Assembly: GCF_006345805.1 (NCBI RefSeq)
Contig: NC_043002.1
Coordinates: 93,992,001-94,056,000, forward strand
Length of the DNA: 64,000 bases
Source of the DNA: Octopus sinensis
Lineage: Eukaryota
Reading direction: 5' to 3'
This document shows, piece after piece, positions 63,093 through 64,000 of the stretch. Position numbers and translations under genes: made by a program. Under the pieces are notes generated by a model. That model searched no databases. It was not told the DNA's origin and was given only the letters and a program-made list of their open reading frames with translations. How positions within the stretch are numbered: the first letter of the stretch is position 1; each line of letters opens with the position of its first letter.

Positions 63093-63321
63093 ATAAAGTT
63101 GTTGGTGATACTATTTTGTATTATGGATGCCGAAACAAAGCTAATGACTTCCTTTATGAAGAAGAACTAAATCACTTTATTGAGCAGAAATCTTTGACCA
63201 AACTCCATTTGGCTTTCTCAAGAGACACTGCTAAAAAAGTCTATGTCCAACACCTTTTGATGGACAATCGGGAAGAAACTTGGAAATTATTGAGTTCAGG
63301 TGGACATATATATATCTGTGG
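63093..63321 (+). CDS. POR: POR coding exon 13 (NADPH-binding domain); gene continues past the window
   Basis: 229 nt; KVVGDTILYYGCRNKANDFLYEEELNHFIEQKSLTKLHLAFSRDTAKKVYVQHLLMDNREETWKLLSSGGHIYIC(G). The AFSR/KVYVQH NADPH-binding motif is intact. ttccag acceptor, gtaagt donor. No terminal exon was found up to 64000. Confidence 0.97.
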
Positions 63322-64000
63322 GTAAGTAAGACTACCAAACATGGAATTTGTTTTGAGTTGTAGAGTCTTTGTTATAATCTTTGTGAAATCTGGTTTGAGT
63401 TGTAGGAACTGAGTTGCTGTCTGGAAAGAGAAGTAACTTTTATTTTTACTTATGTTTAATGATGGATAGTGTTGATGCTGGAGTTAATTGTTTATTAGAA
63501 GTAGCCAATGGGTTTCTTTATGATTGTATTTTTCTACTGTAGAAGTGGTGAAGTAGGAACATATATTACAGTAAAAGCATTGCAGATAATTACTTTCACA
63601 AGGTTGTGGAAGAAATGCCTATACTTTGGCAAGAGCTGTTATAGATTTAGGAATAAGTAAAGAAGTAGGTGTGTTATTGCTTAGCTTGTACTGTTGAAGG
63701 AAAAATGAACAAGAATGTTCTTCCTTATTATAGAAGTATCCTCTTAATCATGTTTTCCTAAGGAAGAAAGTTTGGCAAAATTCTTAAAAGATGTAGTAAA
63801 TGAGTAAAAGCAGAAGTGCTAGGAAGAGAAGCAGGTGCCATTACATCAGTTATTGTTGTGTACATTCAAATCTGCCTCAGTCTAGCAGATTTTCACATGC
63901 AGAGAGTGTGCTGAATGACAAGGAGTAACCCATAGATCTATCTTCTCAGTTTGTACTATGTCTCTACCTAACTGATGTCTGAATTGCATGCACTGACATG

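Overview
AT-rich, repeat-dense animal genomic DNA, most likely an octopod cephalopod. That assignment is inferred from the SINE families and was not verified. The only supported host gene is NADPH-cytochrome P450 reductase (POR/CPR) on the + strand. Thirteen coding exons between 36288 and 63321 were read by eye. All have GT-AG introns with consistent phases and total 1880 nt (about 626 codons); the final exon lies beyond the window. Everything else is transposable-element DNA: several tRNA-derived SINE families (some with perfect TSDs), RTE and CR1-type LINE remnants, mariner, maT, hAT and piggyBac elements and MITEs, and Helitron pieces, often nested. The most notable structures are: (1) a recent 3.55-kb tandem duplication whose junction carries a sequence copied from 1.2 kb upstream; (2) a Helitron helicase 3' fragment inside a 21-bp direct repeat, suggesting retroposition of a DNA-transposon transcript; (3) several other templated-insertion scars; (4) long inverted repeats that could form dsRNA; (5) a POR His codon at a normally Arg/Lys site that A-to-I editing would restore; and (6) a degenerate Penelope-type hammerhead motif. 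There is no prokaryotic system or CRISPR array, and I cannot claim a new protein-coding system.
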